Shown here piece by piece: positions 47,902 to 59,800 of a stretch of 64,000 nt of DNA. This DNA comes from a virus (taxonomy: Duplodnaviria; Heunggongvirae; Uroviricota; Caudoviricetes). Below the pieces are notes generated by a model. It saw only the letters and a list, made by a program, of their open reading frames with translations, searched no databases and was not told where the DNA came from. The stretch lies in the IMG/VR virus record IMGVR_UViG_3300033692_000022; one strand, 5' to 3'. How positions within the stretch are numbered: position 1 is the first letter of the stretch; the number at the start of each line of letters is the position of its first letter. A program made the translations under genes and the position numbers.

Positions 47902-48236
47902 ACTACTATCGCAAAGAGGTTCAAAACTTTGCGGCTCAGGCAGAATGTCTGATAGTAGAGGCTTTCCCCAACTTATCATTTGATGATATGGATGACTGGA
48001 CACAGGACGAGTTTATGAAGCACCTAGCAAGAGCAGAGTGGATACTACAAAACTTAAGAGGTGTTAACTTAGAGGAAGAAGAGGCTGATAATAATCAGCA
48101 GGATGAAGACAAAGAAAAACTGGCAAGAAAGCTCGTCAAAAAAGGAAGAGATCCGATGATGGAGCTTTATAATCCAGATAAAACAAATAATAATGAACCA
48201 GATATCCAAGGGATTGATTGGCGAGGAGAACTTTAA
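47889..48236 (+). CDS. -1 frameshift extension of the tail assembly chaperone (gpGT-like)
   Basis: A_AAA_AAG at 47889-47895; the -1 frame is open and runs into ORF 47988..48236. Confidence 0.85.
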   Translation, partial: KKALNYYRKEVQNFAAQAECLIVEAFPNLSFDDMDDWTQDEFMKHLARAEWILQNLRGVNLEEEEADNNQQDEDKEKLARKLVKKGRDPMMELYNPDKTNNNEPDIQGIDWRGEL

Positions 48237-48257
48237 GAAAGGGGTTATGAAATACAG

Positions 48258-51200
48258 ATGCCAGCATATGAAGATAATACAAGGCAGTATTTAAACGATG
48301 ACTCTAATTATATAAGTTCTTCTGACACCAGAGATAGGCTGCAGCAGAAAGAGGGAAGTATTTTAACTCCGCTCCTTAAATTAGGGGCGGCTGCTGCAGG
48401 AGCCTATGGTGCGTACCGATCAGGGCTTTTAAAAGCTCCCCTTGGATTTCTTACTAAAGGGGCAGGCCAGTACAGGTCCAGATATGTAGAAGGACCAGTA
48501 TCTGGTATAAAAAGATGGGTTAATAATTTCGGAGCGAAAAACAACAAGACCTTAAAAGAAGAAATCTCCGATGAGATGACACGCCTTGCTGAAAAACAGA
48601 GTGACGAATTGCACGGTAAGGCAAGTGAATTTGAAAGTCTCTTACTGGAGAAGGAAAGAACCTTAAGGCAGGTAGAAGAAACTGCTAAGACAGAGTTAAG
48701 ATATAACGAAACAATGGCTTATCTCAGAGAAGAGATGAGTGAGGACGGCATAGGCCAGCTCGAAGAGGAATTAAGAACCGGGCCATCTGGAATGCGTCAG
48801 CTATTAAACGATGCAGAGCTCGACCAGAGACTCAATGAAAAACTTGGCCAGTCGGATTATGATGCTTTTCTAAATAGGCCTGATTATTCAAGCGGAACAA
48901 GTGAGCTTGAGCAGGAGATAATAGATAAAAACAGACGCTTTATCGAAGAACAGTATGAGAAAGAATTAAATGAGAAGTTTTTAAGTACAACAAATAAAAC
49001 AGAACAGACTACAGGTTTAAATAAACTTACAGTAAGAGATATATATGAAAGAAGGCTGGCGCAAAATCAGGGCCAGATAGAAACAAAAAGAGGTATGGAA
49101 GAGTTCAATGTCTACGACGAGATAGAAAGACTCGCCGCTAAGAACGAAGATGTCTGGGAGATGTCAGCAGGTAAGGGGCTATTAAAAGATAGTTCTGATG
49201 GCATAGTAGACTTAAGAGATATCGGACAGACTGCAGGTAAGGTAATGAACTCTCTTACCTATGATTTTAAGATTCCATTTGTAAACTTCAATCCTCTGCA
49301 GATGCTTCACCTGCAGGATATATCAATGAAGAGAAATGCCCCTTCTTTTTCTATATTATCAGCGGGGCAAAAGCAACCAATAGTATCGAGTGAGGCCTTA
49401 AATGAATCACTAGTCTATGCTGGAGGCTCAGTACAGAGAATACTTTCTCCAGACAGCGGCCCTATAGCAACTGATACTTATCTAACATCTAATAGATTCG
49501 GTATGATGTCTAGGATAACTAACGAGCTTGCTGGTGATTCAATAGTAGAGAGACCGAAAAGAAACGGTCTCAAAGGATTTTTAGATAAGGTTAAAAACAC
49601 ATTCGATATCTTTCAGCAGGATAGAGCCAGTATATTTGGAGAATACAAATCTGTATTTTCTAAGTTTGATGATGATGACTGGATAAGAAATAAGACAGAG
49701 GCTTTAGTGAGCTCCAATGACTTCGAAAAAGCCTCCAAGTCAGTAGAAGATGTAAGGTCATTTTTAGACCAGCACGCGTCAGGATTCAGAGATGAAGTAT
49801 GGGACGCCTTAGATGAAGAAGTAAATAAGGTATTCCACGACCTTGAAGATTTCGATCTGCGTGATGATGATCAAGTAATCGATGTAATAAAAAGACTGGC
49901 GACAGATAGTAATGTTCAGGTATCTGATAAATACAGATCACGCATTAAGGCTACATGGAATAGGTATGCTAAAAACCCCGAGCAGTTTAAAAAGGGTAAA
50001 AGGATATTAAGCAACCAGTCTGCTGTTGATAGACTGCATAACACAAAAGTAATATCCAATGTAGATGACGCCAGAAAACTAATAGCAAAAGAATTTATCT
50101 ATAGAAATGGTACTAAAAGTTCAGTAGATTTAGTATCAAAATTGGACAGCCTAAAGACTGCAAAAAAGATAACAGTCGGCGGATACAGAGATGCCGTAGA
50201 AACTATAAACTCTACGGTCTTTGATGACTTAAGCCTGCCCGGCATGAACCAAACAAAACAGGACGCAATAAGGCAGACTGTAAACTTTTACCGTTCAAGT
50301 GGTAAGAGAGCTAAGATACACAGACAAAACCTAATAGATATAGTTGACAGTAAGACAAGACCATGGCAGAAGGGTCCATCTGCTAATTTCGGTAACATGC
50401 CAAGCTCTGACTGGCTGTTAATGAATAAGGCAGTATCTCCTAAGAAAGCTATTAAGTCTAAAGAGAATGCTTCTAAGTTTGTCCAGCAGTTTATTGCCGG
50501 TAGAAAGAACATGAAAGATGTAACAACTGCAACCACTGTTCCTTTTTATATGTTCGAGAGATTAAACAGTGGGCTAGCAATGTTCGGACTAGGCTTATCT
50601 GGCCGCTCTATGAGCTCGCCACAGGCCATGTACGGGAACTTAATCACTAAAAGGGTTCTACCGGTCGTTGGACTTATAGGAGCCGCTAAATACGCCTCCT
50701 ACGAGTATGAGAAGGCAACCGGTGAAGGCCTAGATGACGAGGCTGCCGACTTCGGAGCCAGAGTAAAATTAGATGTCGCAAAACTTAGAGATGCAACAGG
50801 TGCTACAAGTGTATTCCAGAGAATAGATCAGCTCACTCCAGGTAGTGAACATCTATCCGAGATACCAGGGCCCAATTTCTTCGACTTCACTAAAACTGAA
50901 GAAGAGGTCAAGGAAGATCTAATAAGAGGAAGAGACCCGGTTAGAAAGGGTAGATACTGGCCCTTTGGTAATACACCATTTACTGGTGGCAGCATAGAAT
51001 ATTACCAGCCTAACTGGTACAGAAGAACTAAGAGCGACTATAAATATACCGATGTGCAGTACGGGTCTAAGGACGAATACTGGGAGAATGCAGCAGTACC
51101 AACTCCAAGATACCCACTTGCTCCAGTAAGACATTTCGTAACAGATCCATATCACTACGAGAAAAAGCACTATGAAGATAGACCATACCCAATGACAGGT

Positions 51201-53849
51201 AAGATGGGTTATGAGATACCACTTATAGGACCTGCGGTATCTGCAACAATAGGAGAAATACTAAAACCCCAGAGGAAAATGCACGTTGAGGATATGCAGT
51301 ATTCTGAAGGTACTCAAGAAGGTACTGGTACTAATACTGTAAAAAGTACTAAAAAAGGTACTGATAAGGTTACTGGTAAATATGTTCAGAAGCCAGAAAA
51401 GAGTTCGGTACCAGAAGGTGAGGAGCTATATTATGTTCCTCCATCCAGCATGCCTACCAAAAAGAGAGTAATATCTCAGGGCGAATTGAATATAGAAGAG
51501 ATTAATAAACAGATTAAAGAAGACGCCAAGAAGAAAAACTTCATCACAATGCGGCCTAAGTTTGACGACAATGAAGTAGAAGTGGACGCGGCAGAGCCCG
51601 GCAGTAAAAACTCAGCCAAGTACATCTCTAGTGAGCTCTACTACAGAGCCTCAGAGATGGCAGGTTTTTATGGGTTTGGAATAAGTGAGTTAACAGGTCA
51701 GGGCGGAATAGAAGAGCCCGTACTTGCAACTGCAGACGATATGAACTCTTACAGAAGAGCATTCTGGGATATGAACTTAGGTGGTCTCGGTGGAGAGTTG
51801 TCTGAGATTACAAGACGTTTTATCCCCAATAGACCATATGCTCAAAAAGAAGCACAGATAAACCCAATCAGAAACAAGATGCCTAACTGGATGCCGGGAT
51901 CAGATTACTTTGTTAACTTTAAGCAGGGTGATCCATTCACTAAGGTACCAAAAGGCGAAATGAGACTACCCGGTGAAGGTTATGAAAGCATTAATGAATT
52001 ACATCCAGATAAGTACGGCGAAAAGTACGGTTCATTTGATAGATTTAAGATACTGGCAGATGTGGCTCCATACAGTCAAGAATATGAATACTATAAAGAA
52101 ATCATAGAAGAAGATGACGACCTCCCAAGCGATTTAAAAAAGAGAGCTGCACAGATAAAAAGAGAAGTAACTCAGAAGAAAAAGAAGCGAAGATTTTTCC
52201 CCTACCGCTTCAAGACTGCCAATATCAAAAAAGAAGAAGTTACAGTATCTAAATTTTTAGATTCAAATAACTTCATGACTGAAGAATATCCAGATACTCC
52301 TATTAGGCTTGCTGGTCTTTATGTCAGTACGGCAAAAGATAGCAAAAAAGCTCAGAAAGCAAAAGACTATATTAGTAAAAGAATAAAAGAAGGAAAGAAT
52401 GTAACCATAGGAATAAACGAAGATAAGTTAAACCGTGTTCGTGATGATACCTATGGAACAATGCACGCTGTAGTCTATGTTGATGGTGAAAACTTAAACA
52501 GAGAGCTTTTAGAAAGAGATCTGGCCAAGGAAAAAGATAGTGACTATTCTCCAGAGGCTGTGCACGCAAGATTTTCTGGTGCAGAAATAGCAGCAGGCAA
52601 AGCATGGGAGACATTTGCTCACATGGATACTCCTGCTCATACAAAGTTCTTACAGACCAGATCACCACTCGAATCATACAAGAGAAGAGATGTCTACGGT
52701 AAGGACTGGCAGAGTTGGTCTGATCCTGTAGAAGATTTCCTTGTTCCAACTTATGAGAGTTTTATAAATAAACATCCGGCCAAAGCCGTGGTTTCAGGAG
52801 CACTTTTAGGTTCTCTATTCGGAAGAACAAGACGCGGTAAGGTAATAGGAAGTTTAGTCGGTGCTTTAACGGTCGGAATAGGAGCTCTAACCAGAAGTAC
52901 TAAAGAGCAGTTAAGTGGAGAAAAATGGATACCAGAACGGATAGAAAAAAGAAGAGAAATAAATAAATACTTCGACATCTTAGAATATGTTAAGTATAAG
53001 GGCCTCTATGAAAAGACAGTAGATAAGGCTAAAGAAAAAAACATAGATGTCGAAAAAAGAATAAATGAGTATGCTCAAAGCTCGGAAAAACTCAAAGAAG
53101 AAAAGTCCAAATTGGTACGGGAAAAAAGAGAGCTTTATCGCAAGGGCACCTCAAAAGCTAAAGAAGAGATATCAAAGATTAATAAGCGCCTTAAAGAGCT
53201 GGCCCTTGAGAGAAAAGAAATCGTAGAACTAGATGAATATACAGCTCAGGCCTTAGAGTATAGAGAGAAATACAAGTCAACACTTCACGGTGCCGATCTT
53301 GGAGGTTCGCTGCAGAAAATATTCGGAGCGATACCAAATCCAGAGAGAAGATATTTCTCAGAGTTTTTAGAGGCACCAGAAGAAGAAAGAGACGAAATAG
53401 AAGAGCTGGTACCAGATAATGTTCGCCGCTTCCTACAGGCTCACTGGGGTAAGACTCCAGACGAAAAGGAGTCGCTCAAGTCCTACTTTAAAAAGTATAA
53501 ACTTCCAGACAAAAACTGGGAGGGCTGGGAGGCAGACACCGAGCTTGAGGACATAAAGATAAAAGTAGTCCAGAGCGAAGGCGAGGACACATTAGAATAC
53601 GGGTACTGGGATGATGATATAGAACAGGCAACACTAAGAGGAGCAGAGCCTGTTGACTATAAAGAAGATACGCCCGATGCTGATCTGACTACAAGGCTTC
53701 AGTCAGTACTTGAAGGTGAAGGAATAAATGATTTAGTTATAGAGGTCAATGGAGATAGAAGCGGCGGAGACCTCGTTCAAATAGATTTAAAAAAGGACAG
53801 ACGACAGGAAATTAAAGACAGACTAAACCAAGAAGGAATATCATTCTAA
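48258..53849 (+). CDS. tape measure protein with embedded thermonuclease (SNase)-like domain
   Basis: 1863 aa directly after the frameshifted chaperone; hydrophobic Gly/Ala segments; IRLAG...DDTYG..HAVVYVDGENLNRELL at about aa 1328-1423. Confidence 0.8.
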   Translation: MPAYEDNTRQYLNDDSNYISSSDTRDRLQQKEGSILTPLLKLGAAAAGAYGAYRSGLLKAPLGFLTKGAGQYRSRYVEGPVSGIKRWVNNFGAKNNKTLKEEISDEMTRLAEKQSDELHGKASEFESLLLEKERTLRQVEETAKTELRYNETMAYLREEMSEDGIGQLEEELRTGPSGMRQLLNDAELDQRLNEKLGQSDYDAFLNRPDYSSGTSELEQEIIDKNRRFIEEQYEKELNEKFLSTTNKTEQTTGLNKLTVRDIYERRLAQNQGQIETKRGMEEFNVYDEIERLAAKNEDVWEMSAGKGLLKDSSDGIVDLRDIGQTAGKVMNSLTYDFKIPFVNFNPLQMLHLQDISMKRNAPSFSILSAGQKQPIVSSEALNESLVYAGGSVQRILSPDSGPIATDTYLTSNRFGMMSRITNELAGDSIVERPKRNGLKGFLDKVKNTFDIFQQDRASIFGEYKSVFSKFDDDDWIRNKTEALVSSNDFEKASKSVEDVRSFLDQHASGFRDEVWDALDEEVNKVFHDLEDFDLRDDDQVIDVIKRLATDSNVQVSDKYRSRIKATWNRYAKNPEQFKKGKRILSNQSAVDRLHNTKVISNVDDARKLIAKEFIYRNGTKSSVDLVSKLDSLKTAKKITVGGYRDAVETINSTVFDDLSLPGMNQTKQDAIRQTVNFYRSSGKRAKIHRQNLIDIVDSKTRPWQKGPSANFGNMPSSDWLLMNKAVSPKKAIKSKENASKFVQQFIAGRKNMKDVTTATTVPFYMFERLNSGLAMFGLGLSGRSMSSPQAMYGNLITKRVLPVVGLIGAAKYASYEYEKATGEGLDDEAADFGARVKLDVAKLRDATGATSVFQRIDQLTPGSEHLSEIPGPNFFDFTKTEEEVKEDLIRGRDPVRKGRYWPFGNTPFTGGSIEYYQPNWYRRTKSDYKYTDVQYGSKDEYWENAAVPTPRYPLAPVRHFVTDPYHYEKKHYEDRPYPMTGKMGYEIPLIGPAVSATIGEILKPQRKMHVEDMQYSEGTQEGTGTNTVKSTKKGTDKVTGKYVQKPEKSSVPEGEELYYVPPSSMPTKKRVISQGELNIEEINKQIKEDAKKKNFITMRPKFDDNEVEVDAAEPGSKNSAKYISSELYYRASEMAGFYGFGISELTGQGGIEEPVLATADDMNSYRRAFWDMNLGGLGGELSEITRRFIPNRPYAQKEAQINPIRNKMPNWMPGSDYFVNFKQGDPFTKVPKGEMRLPGEGYESINELHPDKYGEKYGSFDRFKILADVAPYSQEYEYYKEIIEEDDDLPSDLKKRAAQIKREVTQKKKKRRFFPYRFKTANIKKEEVTVSKFLDSNNFMTEEYPDTPIRLAGLYVSTAKDSKKAQKAKDYISKRIKEGKNVTIGINEDKLNRVRDDTYGTMHAVVYVDGENLNRELLERDLAKEKDSDYSPEAVHARFSGAEIAAGKAWETFAHMDTPAHTKFLQTRSPLESYKRRDVYGKDWQSWSDPVEDFLVPTYESFINKHPAKAVVSGALLGSLFGRTRRGKVIGSLVGALTVGIGALTRSTKEQLSGEKWIPERIEKRREINKYFDILEYVKYKGLYEKTVDKAKEKNIDVEKRINEYAQSSEKLKEEKSKLVREKRELYRKGTSKAKEEISKINKRLKELALERKEIVELDEYTAQALEYREKYKSTLHGADLGGSLQKIFGAIPNPERRYFSEFLEAPEEERDEIEELVPDNVRRFLQAHWGKTPDEKESLKSYFKKYKLPDKNWEGWEADTELEDIKIKVVQSEGEDTLEYGYWDDDIEQATLRGAEPVDYKEDTPDADLTTRLQSVLEGEGINDLVIEVNGDRSGGDLVQIDLKKDRRQEIKDRLNQEGISF
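51308..51373. repeat. 6/12-bp periodic GTAC array inside the tape measure gene
   Basis: aggtac tcaaga aggtac tggtac taatac tgtaaa aagtac taaaaa aggtac. Confidence 0.5.
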
Positions 53850-53864
53850 TAAGGGGTGAATTTG

Positions 53865-56800
53865 ATGGTAGACGAGTTAGGATTCAACACAGAAAACAAA
53901 AGAGGCTCCATCTGGAATCAAATGGATCAGGAGACCAGAGAGAGTCTTAATTATAAGGGCTTCTTTAGTGGTAGTGAACTGCCAAATTCAAACCCCTTTT
54001 ATGTTCCTTTTAAAACTGTGGGTAGAAACACAAATAGTTATACGTTCAATAACGGCGATGCCTACTCACAGCTACATAGCAACTTAATAAATACTCTGCA
54101 GAATAGAAGAAATCACGATCAGGCAATACTGGATGTAAGTGAGTTTAATAACAGAATGCTTGATAGATATAGAGGAACCTCAAGGTCTGAGACAAGACAG
54201 GCCAAATTGCAGTGGATTAAAGACCAGGGTATTGAAAACTATGACAGCAATGCAAGAGACTGGAGCTGGAAGAGAATATATAAGATATACGGGCAGGATG
54301 TTGATGTAGACATCTGGCGTAATGTCAATAACATGCACGAGCGTAATAAGCCACAGCAGGCTATTGAGTCATATATTAACTACAGGTCTGGTAATCAGTC
54401 TGCGGTATTTTTTGACCTTGAAACATTCGGTAGTTTTAATCAGAACACTGGAGAGATAAACGGATTCTTTATGCCCTACCAGGCAAGTTTTAAGGAAGCA
54501 CGCTTTGTAAATGGTAGAGTACAAAAGGGCTCAACCAGAAACTTCCTTATAGACCCAAGCCAGACTAAAGCAATGCCTAAGATACAGCAGGCTATAGACA
54601 AGCTCAAAACTCAAAAAGAAACTGGAGTAACACAGGCCTTAACCGATAGCGAATACAGGGCAGTCAGAGATTTAATCAAAATAGGAGATGCTGATGTCAA
54701 AAACGGAGAGATTAAAAATCTACCTAAATGGGTTGATGATGTACTCCCAGAAGGGCAGGTGCAGGATTTAAGTGCATATCTTGATAAGGCTGAAGAGGGC
54801 CTATTAAAACTGACAGAAGAGGGTAACAGTCCAGAAGAACTTATCAAATACTGGAACGATATTTCAGAAGACAACATGGTTGCAGGACATAATGTTGCAA
54901 ATTACGACATACCAGGACTTAAATTATTTGCGACAAATGAAGGTCTTGGAATACATGACACTGATAACTATTTTGATACAATGCAGCTATTTAGATCAGT
55001 ATCTTCAAATCCAGAAGAAGATATCTACGGCGGCAAGAACCCCACAGATAGTGGAGACTTAACACTTGATGCCCTACGAAGTAGATACAACCTAGAGAGT
55101 ACTGATGCTCATACTGCCTCATATGATATAGATTCTTTAATAGATGTATTAGATGAAGGTAAAGACGACATCGACTCAAGACTCAATATAATGCTTTATA
55201 AAAATAACGAGAATACAGATGAAGTTATTGAAAGAATAAATAAGAATATATATGAATTAGAAGCAGGGCAGAAAGATTACGGCTTACACAGCTATCAAAG
55301 TCCCTACCAGGAAGAACTTGATAGAGCTTTCGAAAAAGATATAGACAAAATTAACCAGCTAAAAAGAGCAAGAACAAGTGTCGAAGATGCAGCTAAAAGA
55401 CACGACTCCTTATTTTCTATAGACAATGAATCAATAAGAACAGGAGATATACTCTTCGCCCAGCAGGGGCAGCACGCTTACCGAGAAGCTGCAGCTGATA
55501 TGGTATTAGAAAAAGACGGCGAAGATTTAATCAAAAAAGACTTCCCTAAAGTATCTGTTAGAAAGAAATCATATTACAGGGTCTCGGATTCATTTGAAGA
55601 CCAGGGAATGCACAATCTTGTACTGGAGAATCTATCAACAGAAGATGTGCATGTTATAAGCCGTGAGAACAAATCAGATCTTCAAAACTATGTACAGAAA
55701 ATGTTTAACTATGAAGGCAGAGGATTAGACGAGGACGAGCTTGCAGAAAAGGTAGCAAGAGCAAACGATAATTATCTTGACGATCTGGCCAGAACAAGAT
55801 ACAGGAAACTCTTTTCTGGTGAGGATAGATCTTTTAGAAATTTAAAGATGTTCTATGATGCTGTAGATATTGAAGATGAGTCGGCATTAAGAGAACACTT
55901 CAATTCAGAACAGCAGTTAAGAGATTTTAATAGAATGAGGGACAGACTTGAATCTGAAGCAGATGTCGTAAGACCTGCTCTGCAGGAAATAGAAAACCAA
56001 TACGGCAGAGAAAGCAGTTATTCGGATAAAGCCGTCATTCAGGTTAAAAGAAAATTAGATATGGAATTTGGCCCACATAAAGAGAATGCAAATCTTTTAG
56101 ATTTTGAAAGAAAGGGTATTGATATCCCAACCTTTGACGGCGGCAAGACAAGTCTAAACATTCCAGACTTTGAAACAGGAAGTAAAAACCTGTGGTGGAC
56201 AGTATATAACGAAACCAAAGGCCGAGACAAAAGGGCCAGAGAAATTTACATGAACGATATTCTAAATAAACTCGAAAGAGATCAGGTAATAACCAGCCAG
56301 AAAAGAGCGCGGCTGCAGGAAAAGCAGAATATTAAGTATCAGATAGAAGGCTTAATAGATGACTTAATGAGAAACGATTCGATAGATAAAGCCGAAAATG
56401 GCCTCAAAGTAGACTCACTTAAAGCAAGAGAGTCGATGCTTAAGGGTGACGAAGCCGTACAAAAAGGCAGGAAGATAGGAAGCCAGACAGTTGAGTTCAT
56501 GAATAAGACAATGTACGAGGGCGATTTCGTCCAGAGTGAACTTGACAGGATGTCTAAAGAGGCAAGTAGATATCTTCCCGAAGGATTCGATTATGACTTT
56601 AACCAGAACGTAAAAGATATATCAGCCAAACTCACAGCCCAGAATGGGGTTGGATATTCTATAAGTTTCACTGACAATGGTAATTTAATGCTTGCTGTAG
56701 CTGATGAGGGAAGCATAGAAGAAGTAGAAAGAGGATTACTCAGGGGAAGACCAAGTAAAAAGGCAGCTTATCTGGAAATACCTATGCCAGATGAAAAGGG

Positions 56801-59800
56801 CCTATTAAGACAGAAGAGTATTACCAAAACCCCACAGGGATACATCAAAAGAGACTGGAGGAACCCGGGCCAGTACCATCTGAAGACAACTTCGGATGAA
56901 ATAGTACAGAACCTAACCTATAAGAGCAGACTGGATAAAGTATCAAGATATCTGGAAGAAGGAGACATAGATAGCGTTCAGAAGGAGCTCAATAGGGCGG
57001 TAAACTCAGTACTCGAAGAACTTCCAGATACCTCAAAGGGTACAACGACCACAAGTAGTTATACTACTGTTGCAGATGCACTAAAGCAGACTCATATAAA
57101 TGCTTCTGAAATGGGTAGAGAGTTAATAACCGAAATGGGTATTGACCAGCAGGACTTTTATAGAGACCAGCTTGCAGGCATGAATAAGGGACAGCTTGAT
57201 CTGCATGATTTAAGACTTGCAGATCAGATGAAAGTAATCAAAGAAATGCCAGATTTTATCGAGCGCAAAACAGGTATTAAAGTAAACGCAGCTTCTATTA
57301 AAGGTTCACACATCTCAGATGCTAAGTTTGCGACAGAAGACGTAAGAACACTAAAACCACTCTCGCCTTATTCAGCAGCCACAAGACCTAACCCAATTCA
57401 GATGCAAAGACACTACCAGTTAGAAGATAGCGCACTGGATCTTATAAATAGAACAGATAGTCTCTCTGTTGGTCAGGATATAGTTACCGATCAGCTTAGA
57501 GCGATTGAAGATAGATACGATATGAAACCATCAAGTGTATCAATGAATGTTGCTCTTACAGATAATATAACCTTAGAACAGCTTTATCAGGATAATGAAA
57601 TAGATAAAAACTTCATAACTCAGGCCAGCACCTATGAAAACACTGCTGTTATGAGAGAGTCACAAATGGAATTATTCAATGCAAGACAAGTTAAATCAAT
57701 GAGTATGCCAGATGTCGCTCCAGAAAATATCGAATATAGCAACAAAGTAATGAGAGCACTTGATAATGGAGAAGAAGTTGCGGTAGAACCTAAAGAGATT
57801 ATCGCTAAATATATAGATGACAGCGGCCTCGAAAAAGAGATAAGATACACTGAAGAAAATAGAGGGGTAATCTCAAATGTAGACCTGACTCCAGGCAAAG
57901 AAAGACTTGAGATAGCAGTTGAACGCCCCGGTGAGACTTCAATGAAGTTAGATGTTGAAGGAGAAAAGGTAACAGTAATCCCAATGGCCGATGAAACAAT
58001 GGATAAGTTTTTTGGCAAGGATATCTCAATGGCTTATGCGAGTAATATCGAAAAGCACGAGGACTTTGGAGCTCCTATTATCGGACAGATAAACAGAATA
58101 ATGGATGATATAAATAAATATGATGGCGAAGATAGAGCAACAGAGAAAAGACAGTTCATAAGAAGATTTAATGACATATTCGGACAGGATTTAACTGAAG
58201 ATAATTTTACTGAAGTTAATGGTAGATCTGTCTTACAAATAGATGGTGACTTAGAAAAATGGAAGAAAGAAATAGACCCCACTAAAGTTCAAGATATGTT
58301 AGATGAATGGGGCATAAGTGAAGTAGAAGAAACTTCAAGTGGCCGTAAATACATCAAGCAGCGGCAGGCTGTAGGACGACAGATAGTCGATGAACACGAA
58401 AGAGTAATGTCAGCTTACGGTAGAGTCCCAAGCTGGGATGTGCAGGATGTTGGAGTTAAATTCGGACCTCGACAGACATTTGCTGTAGAAGAGTTGTGGG
58501 GCTTTAAAGAAACTGCAAAATACATCAGACAGAACGCAGGAAAAAGAAATGGAGATATAGATAGGGTCGCCCGAGGATCCTGGAATGCAATCCAGTATAT
58601 GATTGAAGGTACTCCAGAATTTGCAAACCCGGCAGAACCAGAAGAATTTAAAACAGCAGTCCGCGGGGTCAGAGGTTATACTGAAGATACATTACAGGGT
58701 ACAGTAATTAGTCCAGATGAAGGCACATCAAGGTTTATGAAGTTGCCAGAAGAGCTGACAATAGATGATGGTGCCGGCAACAGGGTAAGTATAGACAGCG
58801 TATTCATGCCAGAAAGGGATCTCGGTAAAGTAGGGGACGGTAGAGTAGAACTTGATAAGATACAGGGAGCTCAGACCAAGATACACGATCTGGCCATGGA
58901 AATGAAAGAAAGACGTAGAGTGCCTGACGGACAGGATGTGTCGAAGCTCAGATCTTTTGAAGAGATTCGAATGGACATGAAAAGGACAGTAGAAAATTAC
59001 TACTCAGAGCTTTCCGATTCTATCGCCGGTAAAGAAAGCGACATAGCAAAAGGCCTTACATCAAGAATGCCAGCATCTGGCCACGGTAAGATTAGAATAA
59101 TGAGTCCAACAGTTAAGACTGCAGAAAGTACATTTACCGAATCGGATTGGAATGAAATACTGCAGGCAGATGAAGATAAGGCTTACGATATATTCCAGGC
59201 TAAAAGAAATAAATATGAAAGAGAGCTCGGAGAAGAAATATTAGAAGAAAATACTATCTATATTTCAAAGAAGAGAGCCAAAGAACTTGCAACAGACAGA
59301 GTAAGCGGTAAAGTCAGCGATAAACTGTTAAGAGATATGTCTGAAGAAGGCGTATATGGGCTTGGTATTAGATACCCTATGTTCTTTAAAGAGGCAGCGC
59401 AGCCTGTAAAGATTAAAACACACAAAGATGTATATAAAAATGATATGTTCATGACAGCAGGTACCGCTGATATCCTAAACGCCGATAGTGATGGTGATAA
59501 GGGTGCCTTCGTCTTGATGCGTGAGTTTATAGAAGGCAGAACAGAAGACGGAGAGCAGATATTCGAAAGAACGGAAGCCTCAAGAAGATCTGAAGATGAA
59601 ATAAGGGATGTTTTCAGGTCGAAAGAACAGATCAGAAGACGCTTCGAACAGGGCCAGAATGCGGCCAGAGATTACATTAATAAGACAGCCGGCACCAATG
59701 AAGAGTTTATTCGCAACTTGGATAGTAACATAAGGAACTATAAGGCAGACGGTAACCTACAGACACTTGATAGATTAGTGCCAGATGGAGTCAGCGGATT

